Shown here one piece after another: positions 1 to 12,717 of a DNA stretch of 64,000 nt. The stretch covers positions 2,294,001 through 2,358,000 of the forward strand of contig CM060732.1 in assembly GCA_030704615.1 (NCBI GenBank). Reading direction: 5' to 3'. The translations under genes and the position numbers were made by a program. This DNA is from Takakia lepidozioides. Lineage: Eukaryota; Plantae; Bryophyta. The notes beneath the pieces were generated by a model. The model was not told where the DNA came from. It ran no database searches and saw only the letters and a list, made by a program, of their open reading frames with translations. The stretch's first letter is position 1; every line of letters starts with the position of its first letter.

Positions 1-2786
1 ATCAAGGACTACTCCAAAATTGCTGCACCATTGACACGACTCACATGGAAGGACAAACTTGTATGGGACGAGAAAGCTGACCAGACATTTGAAAGGCTGA
101 AGCATGCATTTATAACGGCCCCAATACTGGTACATGCAGACCCATCTAAACCATTATTTTTGGAAGCAGATGCATTGGACTTTGCACTTGACGCTATACT
201 CTCTCAATACGGTACTGATGGCCGACTTCACTCTGTTGGTTTTCGTTCTCGCAAATTTTTCGCTGCAGAGACTAATTATGAAATCCATGATAAAGAACTT
301 GTAGCGATCATCGATGTTTTTTAGGAGTGTCGTCATCTATTGGAGAGAGCTAAATATCAGGTCACTGTCTACACCGATCATAAAAACCTCGAACATTTTA
401 TGAGTGCTCGTGTTTTGAATCGACGTCAAACAAGATGAGATATGTTACTAGCAAGGTTTGATTTTGTGACATCTTCAAAGGAAACCCGATGTTCTTTCTC
501 GACGATCGTATCTTGCGCCGAAAAAAAGGGAGACAGCTTTCGACCAACAGAAATTCATTATCTTGAAACCAGCAAATCTCCAATTGAATATGTTATCTAT
601 GTCCACCTATGACGATGCAGAGATCATAAATAAGATTCAGGAAACACTGAAGAGCGACCAATTTGCTACGACACTACGAAGTCAACTAAATCGACCTCGA
701 GACAACCCACATGTTACAAACGACTTCGAATTCAAAGATGACTTACTTTCTTTCAAGGGACTTCTCTATGTACCTCCAGGACCTACACGACTGCGAATTT
801 TTCAAATATGTCATGATCTTCCGGCTGCAAGACATTTCGGCTTCAACAAAACAATGAAATTGATATCCAGGGACTATTGGTGGCCGCAAATGTAGAAACT
901 CGTGAAAGAATTTATAAAATTTTGCGACACGTGTGCTAAAGCGAAGGGACCACGATATCGATCTTACGGCCTTCTTCAACCATTACCCATTCCCAATGGT
1001 CCATGGTCGTCCGTGTCTATAGACTTTATTACGGACCTTCCAATTTCCAAGACCAACGATTCAATCCTTGTTATTGTAGATCGTTTTACAAAGATGACAC
1101 ATTTCATTCCATGTAATAAGACGGTTACCGGCGAGGAAATTGCAAGACTCTTCTTTAATACTATCTACCGCATTCATGGACTCCCGAAGGACGTCGTATC
1201 TGATCGAGGACCACAGTTCATATCAAATTTCTGGAGGGGATTATTTCACATATTGGATACTAAGATCAATCTCTCTACATCTAATCATCCCTAGACTGAT
1301 GGTCAAACCGAACGCATAAACCAGATTTTGGAGCAGTGTCTTCGCTGTACGATAAATTATCACCAAGATAATTGGACGGACTTTCTGTCATTGGTTGAGT
1401 TTGCCTACAACAACACTATACATTCTTCGACCAAGCAAACTCTATTTTTCTCATGGTTATCATCCTCGAGCAAACCCTTTCTACATGAAGACTGTTGGAA
1501 GCCCTGCTGCAGAAAACATTGCTACTCATCTTGCTACGATTCACAAGGAGCTTACATTCCACCTCGCAGAAGCTCAAAAACAATACAAGGAGTATGCAGA
1601 TCAACATCACCAACTCCAACCCCAGTTCAAGGTCGGAGATCGTGTGTGGCTTCTTCGACATGACATACAAACCTCGCGACCATCAATGAAGTTGGATTAT
1701 TAACGCCTGGGACCATTCAAAATTATTCGACAAATAAATCCGGTCAGTTTTCGGCTTGAACTCCCTACCACCTCCACCAATCGAAGTCAATCATGAAATC
1801 GAGTATGAAGTCGATGAAGTCCTAGACTCTCGTATCAAGTATAAACGTCTTGAGTATTTCGTACATTGGAAAGGCTACGACATCAGCGAACGAACGTGGG
1901 AACCTTCATCCAACCTTGTCAATGCATCTGACAAAGTCCAAGAGTTTCATCAATGATATCCAGCTAAGCCCCGATCTACACGTCAATAAGACGTCACAAC
2001 GATGATGTCAGCCAAGTTAGCTTCAAGTTGAAGACTCCACATTCAGTGTATCTGATACACACTAAGGAGGGAGGTTCTCCAACTCTAAGCAAGTCCAAGA
2101 TTTTACCGCTCCTCGAGGAACTCGGCGCTAGAGAAAGGGGTGATGTCATGGACATAGCTCAGAGGAACTTACCAGGAATAAATATCAGAAGTTACCAAGT
2201 TACCATGTTATCGAAAGTTACTGTGATCTACCATGATCTACCATGATCTACCATGATTTACCATTAGTTACCAAGTTACCGGGAGTTTACCAAATTACCG
2301 AGAGTAACTTGGGAAACTGCTTAAGGAAGCTTTCTTTGGAGGAAACTTCTCCATCAAGATATCTTCTTTGTTTAAGGAAACTTCTCCATCAAGATACCTC
2401 ATTTGTTTAAGGAACTTCTCCATCAAGAAACCTCCTTTGGGGAAGCCTCTTAGGAAACCTCATAGTAACCAGTATATATAGGAGGCGAGACTGGACACTC
2501 TTCAGTCTCGCCAACACAAGTTCAAGCTACTCTTGTTTCCAGTCCCAGTACTCCAATCCAGCTTTCAGTACTCTAGTCCAGTTTCCAGTATCTAGTACTC
2601 CAGTCCAGTTTCCAGCATTCCAGTATCCAAGTCAAGTATCTTGTACTCTTATCCATTGTTATAAAGATCATCTTGATTCATGTATACCCATCATGCATTC
2701 GGCCACGCCGACCTTGACTTATTGTCTAGTCTTGTACCTCTAATCTGATCTCTTGTTTGTGTTCAGTCATACTCTCGTCCTTGACA
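1..2786 (+). mobile_element. Ty3/gypsy chromovirus LTR retrotransposon, 3' half (RNase H, integrase, chromodomain, PPT, 3' LTR); decayed
   Basis: RNase H motifs (LEADA, NYEIHDKELVAI); integrase zinc-binding CHD..RHFG..CDTC and core (SIDFITDLP, VSDRGPQF); chromodomain EYEVDEVLDSR..YFVHWKGY..TWEP (about 1800-1950); several stops and frameshifts; PPT AGAGAAAGGGG at 2130-2140. Confidence 0.95.
2144..2786 (+). repeat. 3' LTR of the chromovirus element
   Basis: Starts TGTCATGGAC just after the PPT and ends GTCCTTGACA (terminal inverted repeat); TATATATA near 2473; short internal tandem repeats. Confidence 0.85.
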
Positions 2787-2790
2787 ACAG

Positions 2791-3230
2791 TGACTCTTGA
2801 CTCCCTGTGACGAGTCGCGGTGAGTTTTGGCCCACCCACCATGGCCCCAATGGACCGTGGTGAGCCTCAAAACTCCCCATGACTTCCACCACAACAAGGC
2901 CTCAGCCCTATGGTGAGTCTTATGCCACCCCCACTACAACTCCCTATGCAACGACCATCCCCACTTGGAGCCCCCTACCGCAACTCGGCTTGCAGGGCTC
3001 CCCCTAGTGAGCGTCTCCGCCCTCTTGAGTATCTTCGACACTCAAGGGTGCTTTAGCTCCCCATTCCTACTGCCGCCACTGCCCCCCACCACAGGGGCAG
3101 CCCCTCTTCTGTCCTGACCTCATGTCCTCAAGGCAAGAGGCCGCAACAGCCGCTGCCCCCACCACGGGCAGCCCCTCTTGTGTCCCGATCCCCTGCCCTC
3201 AAGGCGAAGGGCCGCGACAGACACCCCTAC
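2791..3230 (-). repeat. Fragment of the same repeat family as the interior of the hAT element at 5630-7165, inverted
   Basis: Reverse complement aligns by eye with about 5665-6037 (e.g. TTGGCCCACCCACCA..GGACCGTGGTGAG); abuts the LTR end, so it is probably the target of the chromovirus insertion. Confidence 0.75.
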
Positions 3231-3799
3231 CAACAATGAGTCGATGTCCTCATCGACTTGTTCCTATTTGTGGAAACTAATTTCGAAGTTGTGGTGTCCT
3301 ACAACAAGGAGTTTGTTTCCGTGCCATGGTGTCCCATGACAAAGAACCAAACTCTCACTTGACTCTTAGTCCCCACTAGCTAGTTCGGCCGACTTCCCCA
3401 AGTCACGGCTAAAGGTGAAGCTTCTCAAGCTCCACCCAGTGCACTCTTTTTGGCCTAATCCATGGCCAAATTGCATTACTGCAACAACTATTATTTGTGA
3501 CTGCTCATGATGTCGCTTTAGCACGTGAACTCCCAAAGAAGGCACAAGTTTATTTGTCCCTCAGATGGGAGTCATCCAATTTCGATACTGCACAAACACA
3601 CGACTTGTCCAATTTACCTCTCCCTATTTTTGTAAGCTAGCATGCATTCTAGATACTAGCCAACCATGCTATGCATCACCATTCCAAACAAAACATGAAA
3701 CACAACATTTGGAAACGGTTTCTCTTTAAAAACAAGATTTATACAACACAAGTCTTTGCAATCGGATTCCTGAGCTAGCTAAGGCGGACTAAATATGCA

Positions 3800-4500
3800 G
3801 TCCATCCCCCACCATCTAAGGCTGATCTCCCCATCAACGCTTCTTCCGCTTTTTAGGTCGTCATTCGAAAGCTGCCACGGCCTCGGGTGCGTTTCCCATT
3901 TTTGAGGCATGTACCCAAGTTGCCCCCACTTGATGGTAGCCTTTCCATTTCACGAGATATTCTGTTTCTCGGTTTTTGAACCTCATCGACTTAAGCACTG
4001 CCTCCACCTCGTACTCGGGTTCATTTTCATGATCCAATAGCACAGGTAGTGGACACAAAACTTGATGCTGAGTTGGACGCGCTTCATCTTTGAAGTACTG
4101 CTTCAAAAGCGAGACATGGAACATGGGGTATACTCTGCTTTCTGCCGGCAGCTCCAACTTGTAAACGTCCCCATTCATAACCCTCCGAATGCGAAAAGAT
4201 CCCGCATATGGAAGCACGAACTTCGGACTCACTTCCGGAGGTAGTCGAAAATGTTCAACCAGACCTCCATGCCTACTTCAAACTTGACCTCCCTCCGACT
4301 CGGATTTGTTTGCAATTCATAGCATTTTCTAGCTTTGGTGATGTTGTATTTTGCGAGCTCCAACAAACGCTTGCGTTCTTCCAACACCGCCATTGCTACT
4401 GGAACCTTCTCATCATCCTTTGCGGCCCCATCATTTGTCGCTTGGGCGGCCCAAGTCGTAGGCATTTTTTTCGTGATAGGTGTTCGCATCTCCATGTAAG
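3800..4500 (-). mobile_element. Ty3/gypsy chromovirus fragment (integrase C-terminus GPY/F region plus chromodomain)
   Basis: ORFs 4229-4495 and 3861-4232: RREVKFEVGMEVWL, YAGSFRI, VYPMFHVSLLK, EYEVEAVL..YLVKWKGY..ATW. Confidence 0.85.
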
Positions 4501-5629
4501 CACCTGGAGATTTCCATTATAGGGTTTGGTCCTTCGTTCAATTTGCAGAGCGAGGTTTTTCCCACATGGGTTTTCCATCCTTTGTGTATCGGATGCTTTA
4601 GATTTTTTCATAGTTTCTTTTAGTAACCGTTGGCCTTGTTTGAATTTTCAAACTTCAAGCTCGCGGGAGCTCGCTTCTCTGGCGGGGCCGGCTGGCTTCA
4701 CATATGTGGGGCCATGATTCCTTCCCTTCTTTTATTCCCCATTAAGGATGGACAAATACTAGGTAGAAAGGGATGACGTCGCGCTGGATGAACCTATTTT
4801 TGATTAAGCTATCTTGTTTTATTATAACAACTAGTTTATAGATCAAGTGGTTATCCTAATCAGCTGCTGATGTGTGAATCACATGGATTGTAATCTGGGC
4901 AGCCACTGTCATTCTTGATTAGCCTTTGGCACTTCTATTTAAACAAGGCCCTTGGGCCCTGAATAGCTGTGGATTTTGATCTCAACAGTATACAGCATGT
5001 GTTCTCAAGTGTGTGTGAATAAACGGAATGCACAGTGTGTTGGATGCTTGAAGTTGTTGAGTCCTTTAGCATAGATTCTGTGTTCTCAGCAAGTAGGCCC
5101 TACAGACTACATACCCCTATTTGAAGTTGTCCCAGTAGAGGAAATGGAATAAAACCCCAGCGGCGCCGGAATCTGGCTTCACATCCCTTTTCTTCCTAAA
5201 AGAAAAAGAAAAAAAGATATATGTTTCAGGAATCTTTGGTCACATGAATCGCATTTATCGCTGTAACTACATGAATCCATCATGCAAGATATCAATATAT
5301 ATGAAACGAGCAAGTAGAATGGTGTTGAAAGCGTTTGAAACCAACAAAAACTTTGAACACTGAAAAAGAAAAAGAAAACTATCAAAGGGTCTTATTAGTG
5401 AGTTGTCGCTCCCAGGTGTTTCCCTTTTCAAAATGAAAAAAATAAAATAAAATCATATGCAAAACACAAGTGGAGATGACTGGAACGTGGAGATTTTTCT
5501 TCATTCTTTCATGTTTGCTGCAACTGGTCACTTGTCAAGTTGTCATGCATAGGGAAAAGAAGAATCTAGGAAAAAAATTGTTTTTATTGCATGATCTGCT
5601 AGGTAAATGCGCAAAAATGGGGCTCTTAC

Positions 5630-7165
5630 CAGTGTTGGGCGGTTCTTGCCTTTTTTCAAGAACCTCCGTGTCGCGGACCTTTGCCTTGAGGGCAGGGGGT
5701 CGGGACGAAGAGGGGCTGCCCCTGTGGTGGGGGCGGTGGCAGCAATAGGTACGGGGGGGGGGGGGGGGGGGGGGCTGAAGCACCCTTGAGTGCCCAAGGC
5801 ACTCAAGGAGGCAGAGACACTCACTAGGTGGAGCCCCGCACAAGGGGTTGCGGTGGGTGTGGCTCCACAAGGGGTGGTGGTAGCTTAGTGGGACTTAGTG
5901 GGGGTGGCATAGGACTCACCATGGGGCGGAGACCTTGTGGTGGGAGTTGTGGGGAGTCTTGGGACTCACCACGGTCCAATGGGGCCGTGGTGGGTGGGCC
6001 AAGACTCACTCCGACTCATCACCGGGAATCGAGGGTCTTCGTGGTGGTTCGCCATAAAATGGCATGGTTGTTTGTGAAACCCCCGCGGACAGTCACAGAA
6101 GTAAATAACCATTGAACGTTCAATAACCCATTGGTGACCAAAAACTAGTGAGTAAGCGAGCGAGCCGGAAAGCGACCAAGGAGTGGGGAGCTATTCCGGA
6201 CTGCCATCTACCAAAGGGAATTTCCACTAGGCCCAAATTGGTGGAGGGTCTGTTGGGGGAAGAAAGGGGGACCGTTATGTCCCGGTGAGCAGCCGAAGCT
6301 CCGAGTTGGCCTGACGGCCAGGTTGGGAGTTAGGCGCGCGCATCAAAACGAGTAACTATGACTTGAAGGGGAACTTAGCGAAGTGAGGTGCGCGACACTC
6401 CGGTTCCGGTTCTAGGGTAGGGTTTAAATTACGGTTCTGGTTCCGGGGCGGTTATTTGGGATGAAAAAAAGGCGGTTCCGGTTCCGTTCCGGCTCTTGAA
6501 CATTAGGACGGTTTCGGTTCCGATTATTTGCTGGAAAAAGTTGCCGGTTCCGGTTAAGGGTCCAGTTATATTATTAAATTATTAAAGAGAATTAAAAACC
6601 AATTTTCCTCTGGAAAGTTAATGTCCTAATGGTCAAAGAAATGTTAGTATGTTTTCCTACAAAATAGACATTTGCTTGTGGCAATGGCTGGTGGGCCAGA
6701 GTCCCTGCCCGGTAAAAACTATGAACTACGGATAAAGATATAGTTTCTAGGGAATTTACAGAGCCTACTGCTCAACACGCAGCCCATCAAGGTGCCAATG
6801 GACAATGGACAGCTGAAGGCACATGTTCAAGGATTGAACCCATGACCACCTAGGCAAGGCACAAATACCCAACCAGCAGCAGCACGGCCGACTTGATGGG
6901 GCTGGCGGCTGGCTGGCGGGTCTACATTAGGGACAAACACATAACTGCACGAACAGGAACCTACCCGCCTCCTTGCTCCCGGTTCCGGTCAGTGGTGGTT
7001 CCTGACTCCACTAGTAACCGCCGGTTCCGGTTCCATCAAAGCCAAAATCTGGGACCGGTTCCGGTTCCGGGTCTCCCAACTGGTTCCGGTTCCGGTTAGG
7101 TTCTTAATAACCAGAACCTGACCCGCCGGTAAACCAGGGTCAGTCCGGTTAACCGCCCAACACTG
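5630..7165. mobile_element. Non-autonomous hAT-like DNA transposon
   Basis: 15-bp TIR CAGTGTTGGGCGGTT (5630) / AACCGCCCAACACTG (ends 7165); imperfect TSD CTCTTAC / CTCTCTAC; many GGTTCC/CCGGTT subterminal motifs; no transposase. Confidence 0.75.
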
Positions 7166-7226
7166 CTCTCTACTCGTTGCTATTCCTTGAATTGAGAAAT
7201 AGACCTAGGTAGCATGTGGAAATTAA

Positions 7227-10200
7227 CCCCTAATGGACGAGGCTGTTTTTGGTGGGCCCACTCCAAAACAGCACATACCCTCACGGATGAGGGTATATCT
7301 CCCAGCTAAGAAACATCCACAGGGATGAACCGTATGAAAAGGACGCTACCTACCTCATGCACCTGCTGTAAGACTTTCAGCCCATTTCACTGTGTCATTA
7401 GGAAGATTATAACAAAATGGTAAGCTCTAAATCTGTAGTGTATTCCAATTTTAGAGGGAAAAATTGGTTTGACCAGGCAGTTGGACCAAAAAAAAAAAAT
7501 TCCTTGCAAGACCCCAACCACATTCCAATTCTCAAGCACCTAAAGCAACTTGCCCCAAATTTGCAAAGCAGAATTCCAAAATCTGCATAGGGTTCCTTTG
7601 TATGGGAAAACAGGGGGGTCAAAAAGCACTATTTGCTTCAATTGACCTGTAATTCAGCCATAGGCATCAAAATTTTCATTGGAACCAGAATTCCAACGGT
7701 GGAATTGTTCCTCCTATGATTTCCTACTACCTCCAAGAAGAATTTCTGAATTCTAACCAAAATGCAGGCAGAGATTTCTAAGTAGGTGTATTTCTACTTG
7801 AATCCCAGCTCAGGCCATGTATTGCCTGAGCCGGTAGACAATTCCGGCTACAGAAAGGGGGCTACGTCACCGATAAACACAGAAAACTTGGGGGACCCCA
7901 AAATCGACACCCAAAAAAGGGCCCGGGAACGCCTGACGTTTCGGCGTTCCACCCGACAGGCAACTGAAAAACTAACAACTACCAACCGTCACGAATGTGG
8001 CCCATCTGTGTTCAAGCTCCCCGTGAGCTCATGCTTTTCCTTTGAATGTAGCGAACCCAAACCACACACCACCCCGAAGACATGATCCACGAACTGGGGG
8101 GGAGTTGAACCCCCCGATCTGCCCAGTGTGCAGACAGTCGCATGACTGCTCCCCACCCCCCCCACCCCCCCCCCCCCCCCCAAAAAAACTGTGAAACCAC
8201 CCAAACACAACGCACACACACCAACACTGAAGGACCCCCATCACCTCCACAGCCCCTTAAGCAGCAGCAGCAGCAGCCCCATCACCCAGCCCACAGCAAG
8301 CAACAGACCCCCATGACTCCCCCATTCCCAAAACTGCCCATCAACCAGCAGCAGCATGACCCCCACACCCCTCCACTGCCATTGAACCGTCACCACCAGC
8401 CCCCCATGACCCCCACTGCCCATCAACCAGCATGGACACACACAACCCCCCAACCTGAGAAGAACCCATACCCACCACAGATCAGAGATACCCACTATGC
8501 GATGCAAAGGTGCCTCAGAGGGCCCACAAATAATAGGCTGCATCCCTGCCTCTTCATTGGCATGTCCTCCATTCAAGCTTTCAGGTTTTGTGGAAGGTGT
8601 TGAGTTCCACTGCCCCATTTGGAGCCAATATTAACACAATACTCCAATTAGTTTCTTAGCCAGGTGGCATCCTTCAAGCTCAGGCATCGCATATTGAACT
8701 ATCTTGCTGGAAGCCCACATGATTTGCGTCCTGTCAAGAAGCCATGCATAAAATTTTCCATCAGAGCCTTACGTGCAAATGTTGTATATTTGAGAATCCA
8801 ACAACAAAGCTTAGTTGGGAGAGATGGTGCATTAAGGTTTGTAACATAATCGAGCCCCACGCATACACGCCATCCACAGCCTCCAGCATACTTGCATGCA
8901 GTCCCACACCCTAGTGAACCCCCACCCACACAAACATATGCACACACAAAGAAATAAGACAGTGCAACAAGCTAGAATTCAGTCACCTCAAGGCATGCCG
9001 GTGTGCCTCATTCCAACACCGCCCAAGGCACAAGTGGTTGCCATCGCAGCCAGGGCAGTAATGGTGAGTACGAACATGGCACATGACACACACTCGCCGC
9101 CGTGTGGGGCACTGATGCACAAACGTGCATTCTGAATCCCTCGTGGTGTCAATGTTGTCAGTGCAGCAACCCCCTGTCAAACCATATGCCACAGCCAGAT
9201 TGAATTGTAGATGGGTCATGGCCCGACGCCCCCTCATTCTCTCCATTGCAGAATGCAAGATATACACATTCACTAGCATGGTATCCATAAGAAAAAAAAA
9301 CAGATGATGCCACCACTTCTTTGTGCGCAGCTGCAAGTTGTACGCACCCCTAAGCTGGTCCTGCACATCCACCCCTCGCATGTACGTTTGGTATTGCACA
9401 TGTGCAGGTACGGATGGCACATGCACTCTCTGGTTTCCCACAAAACGGCGTACAGTCACAGGAGGGGAAGGGCTGCAAGCTGGCCTAGCTGCAGATGATA
9501 GTAACAATACATCCTTCTTATCCCACCACAACACAACAGCCACCTCCCTGGACTCATGCATCCTGTACCATGACTGCCCTTGCTTGGCAGTCTTGGATTT
9601 TTTCATTTTCAGCAAAGAGGGAGGGAGACCCTATCTGTTCACTTTTACCGTGCCAGTGGCCCAAGTGCCAAGTTTGGCCATGTCATATAGAAGCTGGACC
9701 CCTGTAAAGTAATTATCAGTCACAATGACATGCCCCAAACCATGCAGCCCGTCGGCCAGCCGGGTGACCACATCATAACCTTCTCCCTTCCTACTTTTCT
9801 GCCTCTCGCCATTTGGCCCTCCTGCATTCTTACCAACATACACTGAAAAGTCGTAGACATATGAAGTCTCCGAGTCAGCCAAGGCCCACACCTTGATGCA
9901 CCATTTGCATGGTTTCTTAGGCATATACATCCTAATTGGGGAGTACTTCCCCTTGTAACGAATCATCACCTCGTCAACAGTCACCATTTTGTTCAGATTC
10001 CAGAGACTTTTACACCTATCCACAATCTCCTCACACACCCACCTAACCTTTCCGAGCTTATCATAATTTCGACTCTTACGATCTACCACCAACGTGGCGT
10101 TGTCAACAAGATGCAAACAACGGAGTATGGCCTCATACCTATCTCGAGTCATCACTTTGCGGATGACAGGACAAGCGAAGAATGTCTCCGAGTGTTTCCA

Positions 10201-12202
10201 GTAAAATCGTGTTCGGGGCAACTTCTTCATGCCCATGAAGACACAGACTCCAATCCAAACCCTGAGCTCAGGAACAGTGAGCTCTTTCCACCGAGGCCCC
10301 CCACGAGTGCCCGTACCAAAAGGTTCAGCAGCATAACGATTGGACTCCCTACATATTCGCCCAAGCACTTGTCGCCTCCAAAACAAACCAAAAAACCAAA
10401 TCGGATGTGAGCTCTTCATCTCAGGCAGGCAGGGACCACGTTGAGGGCCAAAAAATGCAGCTCTATCACTCACAAAGTCAGAGCCTGCGTTGGTTTCCCA
10501 CGTCTTCGCCTTGAACATCTCCACAAAATCGGCCAAGATTTCCTCATCACACTCCATAACAACCACCTCGTTTTCCCAGTCTGCTTCGTCAGCAGAGTCG
10601 CCCATGTACCCATCGTCACCCTCAAAATCCTCGTCCATGTCGGATGAGGCCTCATCGTGGCCCAAAACAAGATTAGAAGACCCCTCACCAAAACGAACCA
10701 GTGCACGAGTGTTGGAATGCATGTCCCCCAAAGCAGCCCGACCGATGGCAAGCATGCTCCAAGCACCCAGAGGCCCACCAACACATCCCACAACACCCGA
10801 ATTCACCACTCCCTTATTTTTTTTCCTCACCACACCTTTGGGAGGTGCTGTCACACTTGCAGGAACCGACCTCTTTGCACGAGCCAACTCCTTCAGACGC
10901 CTGACTGTCGGCATCGGGTCAGACATCATCTCTCAAAACAGAATTCACAGCGTCACTGAACCCCTCCTTATCACCTTCCTCTCTTCTCTCTCTCCAACCA
11001 AGAACTAGAGCCACCTGACAGAAAGCGAAAATTGTGAGGACGAGGGTGGCGAGGCCAACGATTGGCGAACGACGGTGGAGGCAAACTACAGAGGAAGGCA
11101 GGAGACAGACACCCCAATATTGCCTTGCACTGCTCGGGAGTGCAGTGCTGCTCCTCAAGCGCCCACTCCCTTATAACCTTCGCGACAGCTGCAAGCTCGG
11201 GTGGGGGCGACGGTGGCTCAGGCACAGAAGCGTCATTCCTCTTTGGTGCCATACGAATCCGTGAGACCGACAGAAATCACATGAAATGAATGCAAGCCCT
11301 CACGATGAATCAATGCAGATGGCCCATCTTCCCCAAGCACAGGAAGGAATGATGTACCGCGGCGAATTTCGCAAACTCTCCAAAACCAGCTGCAAAATGA
11401 AACCCCAACACACCACGCTCCCCTACAACCATCCCCTACCACACAAAACACAGAGCCCAAATGCATAAAAGCATTTCACAAAACGACATGCAAGAAAAAA
11501 TGACAACTTGCATTACAATGAAAATTCGGCAGGGCACAAGAATCTAAACGCCAAACACTCAGCCCTAACAGCTGCGTAAATGCAATCACACCCCGAGCTC
11601 TAATGTCTAGAACACACAGCAGGAAACGGAATAGCTCCCGAAGCTTCGAGCCTGGGAGAGGTAAGTCGCCATGACCCGAAAATGAAGCCCAGAAATACAC
11701 CCCCTACGAAGCGAATGCGGGCGATCCACGGAAGATCAAGCAAAACATGCACACAAAAGCGCCAAGGAAATGCGAGAGGGGCCACGATTTGCAAGCTCCA
11801 GGAACCCAGACTCTGTGCGCGCGAAGAGAGAGCTCGTTCCACGCTGCCGCCACCCATCACTGGCCACAGGGTGGCATCCCATGTCCGCACGGGCAGACAT
11901 GCCAACCCTGCATGCACCTGATCGCTGGCATCGGGCCACCGATGCCCATTTTGCTTGCCACGTGGCTAGGTCAAAGCCTGTGGAGGACCAGAAACCATTG
12001 GATTTTGGGTGCTCATCATCACTTCAAAAAATCCTGACGACGCCGGATTTGTCCAATTAGGGTGCAATAAATTCTGTCCGGCGCAGAATCTCAAAGGCTA
12101 TAACTTTCGTTGAGGGCCATCTTCATCCAGATTCATCCAAGGGGCCCACTGACGGTCGAAATATCCAATCGACCCGAATCAGGTCCACTCGTCCATTAGG
12201 GG
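7227..12202 (-). mobile_element. piggyBac-superfamily DNA transposon, full length (about 5.0 kb)
   Basis: TTAA on both sides (7223-7226, 12203-12206); perfect 15-bp TIR CCCCTAATGGACGAG / CTCGTCCATTAGGGG; encloses a piggyBac transposase. Confidence 0.95.
8983..10929 (-). pseudogene. piggyBac (PGBD-type) DDD transposase with one in-frame stop at 9631-9633
   Basis: VTVDEVMIRYKGK, YMPKKPCKWCIKVW, IVTDNYFT, YMRGVDVQDQ, KKWW, and a C-terminal Cys-rich domain (CVMC..HYCPGC..HLC..CW..H); ORFs 9631-10929 and 8983-9615 are in the same frame across a TAG. Confidence 0.93.
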
Positions 12203-12717
12203 TTAAGAAAGGGGCGGTCTCTTGAGGAAAAAAAAAGACGCAGCTAATGTTATCTCTCCCCTTCGCGGTCTTCGTTTCTCAGAAGGAGCCTAAGGGTAGA
12301 GTATACAAGGCACGGCCTTTGATGGGACCCAGATTCATTTTCCTATTGCGCTTCTGTTCGGCCGTGATTGTTTGCTAAGGATCGCCAGGCTTGTGATGTA
12401 GACTCCGGCGCCCGGAGCTGCCTTTTAGAAGAGGACTAATTATTGTTCTGTTTGGTTCGACAATGCTCGCTATAGTTAGGTTAGGGTATGATTGTTTTCG
12501 AAATAGCTTCCGCAGTTAGGGACTGAGGTGTATCTTACCTGTCCATCTTGTCTATCTTTCTGTCAGTGTATATTGTATAGCGCAGGTTTCCTTGAAAATG
12601 TTCAGAGCCATGTAAATCAGATTAAAAGGAACTGAGAGTGCCAAGTCGTGATGCTGCCCTCGCTAATGCTTTTTTCTTAGTTTGAGAGTTTGGGAACCCC
12701 ATGTAATACAGGACGGG

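Noticed and set aside
4740-5185. Possible solo LTR (TATA-like and AATAAA signals)
   Set aside because: No convincing TG..CA termini or TSD found.
2791-6037. Apparent 350-bp inverted repeat pair suggesting a foldback or Mutator element
   Set aside because: The right arm lies inside a separate hAT element with its own TIRs, so these are two dispersed copies in opposite orientation.
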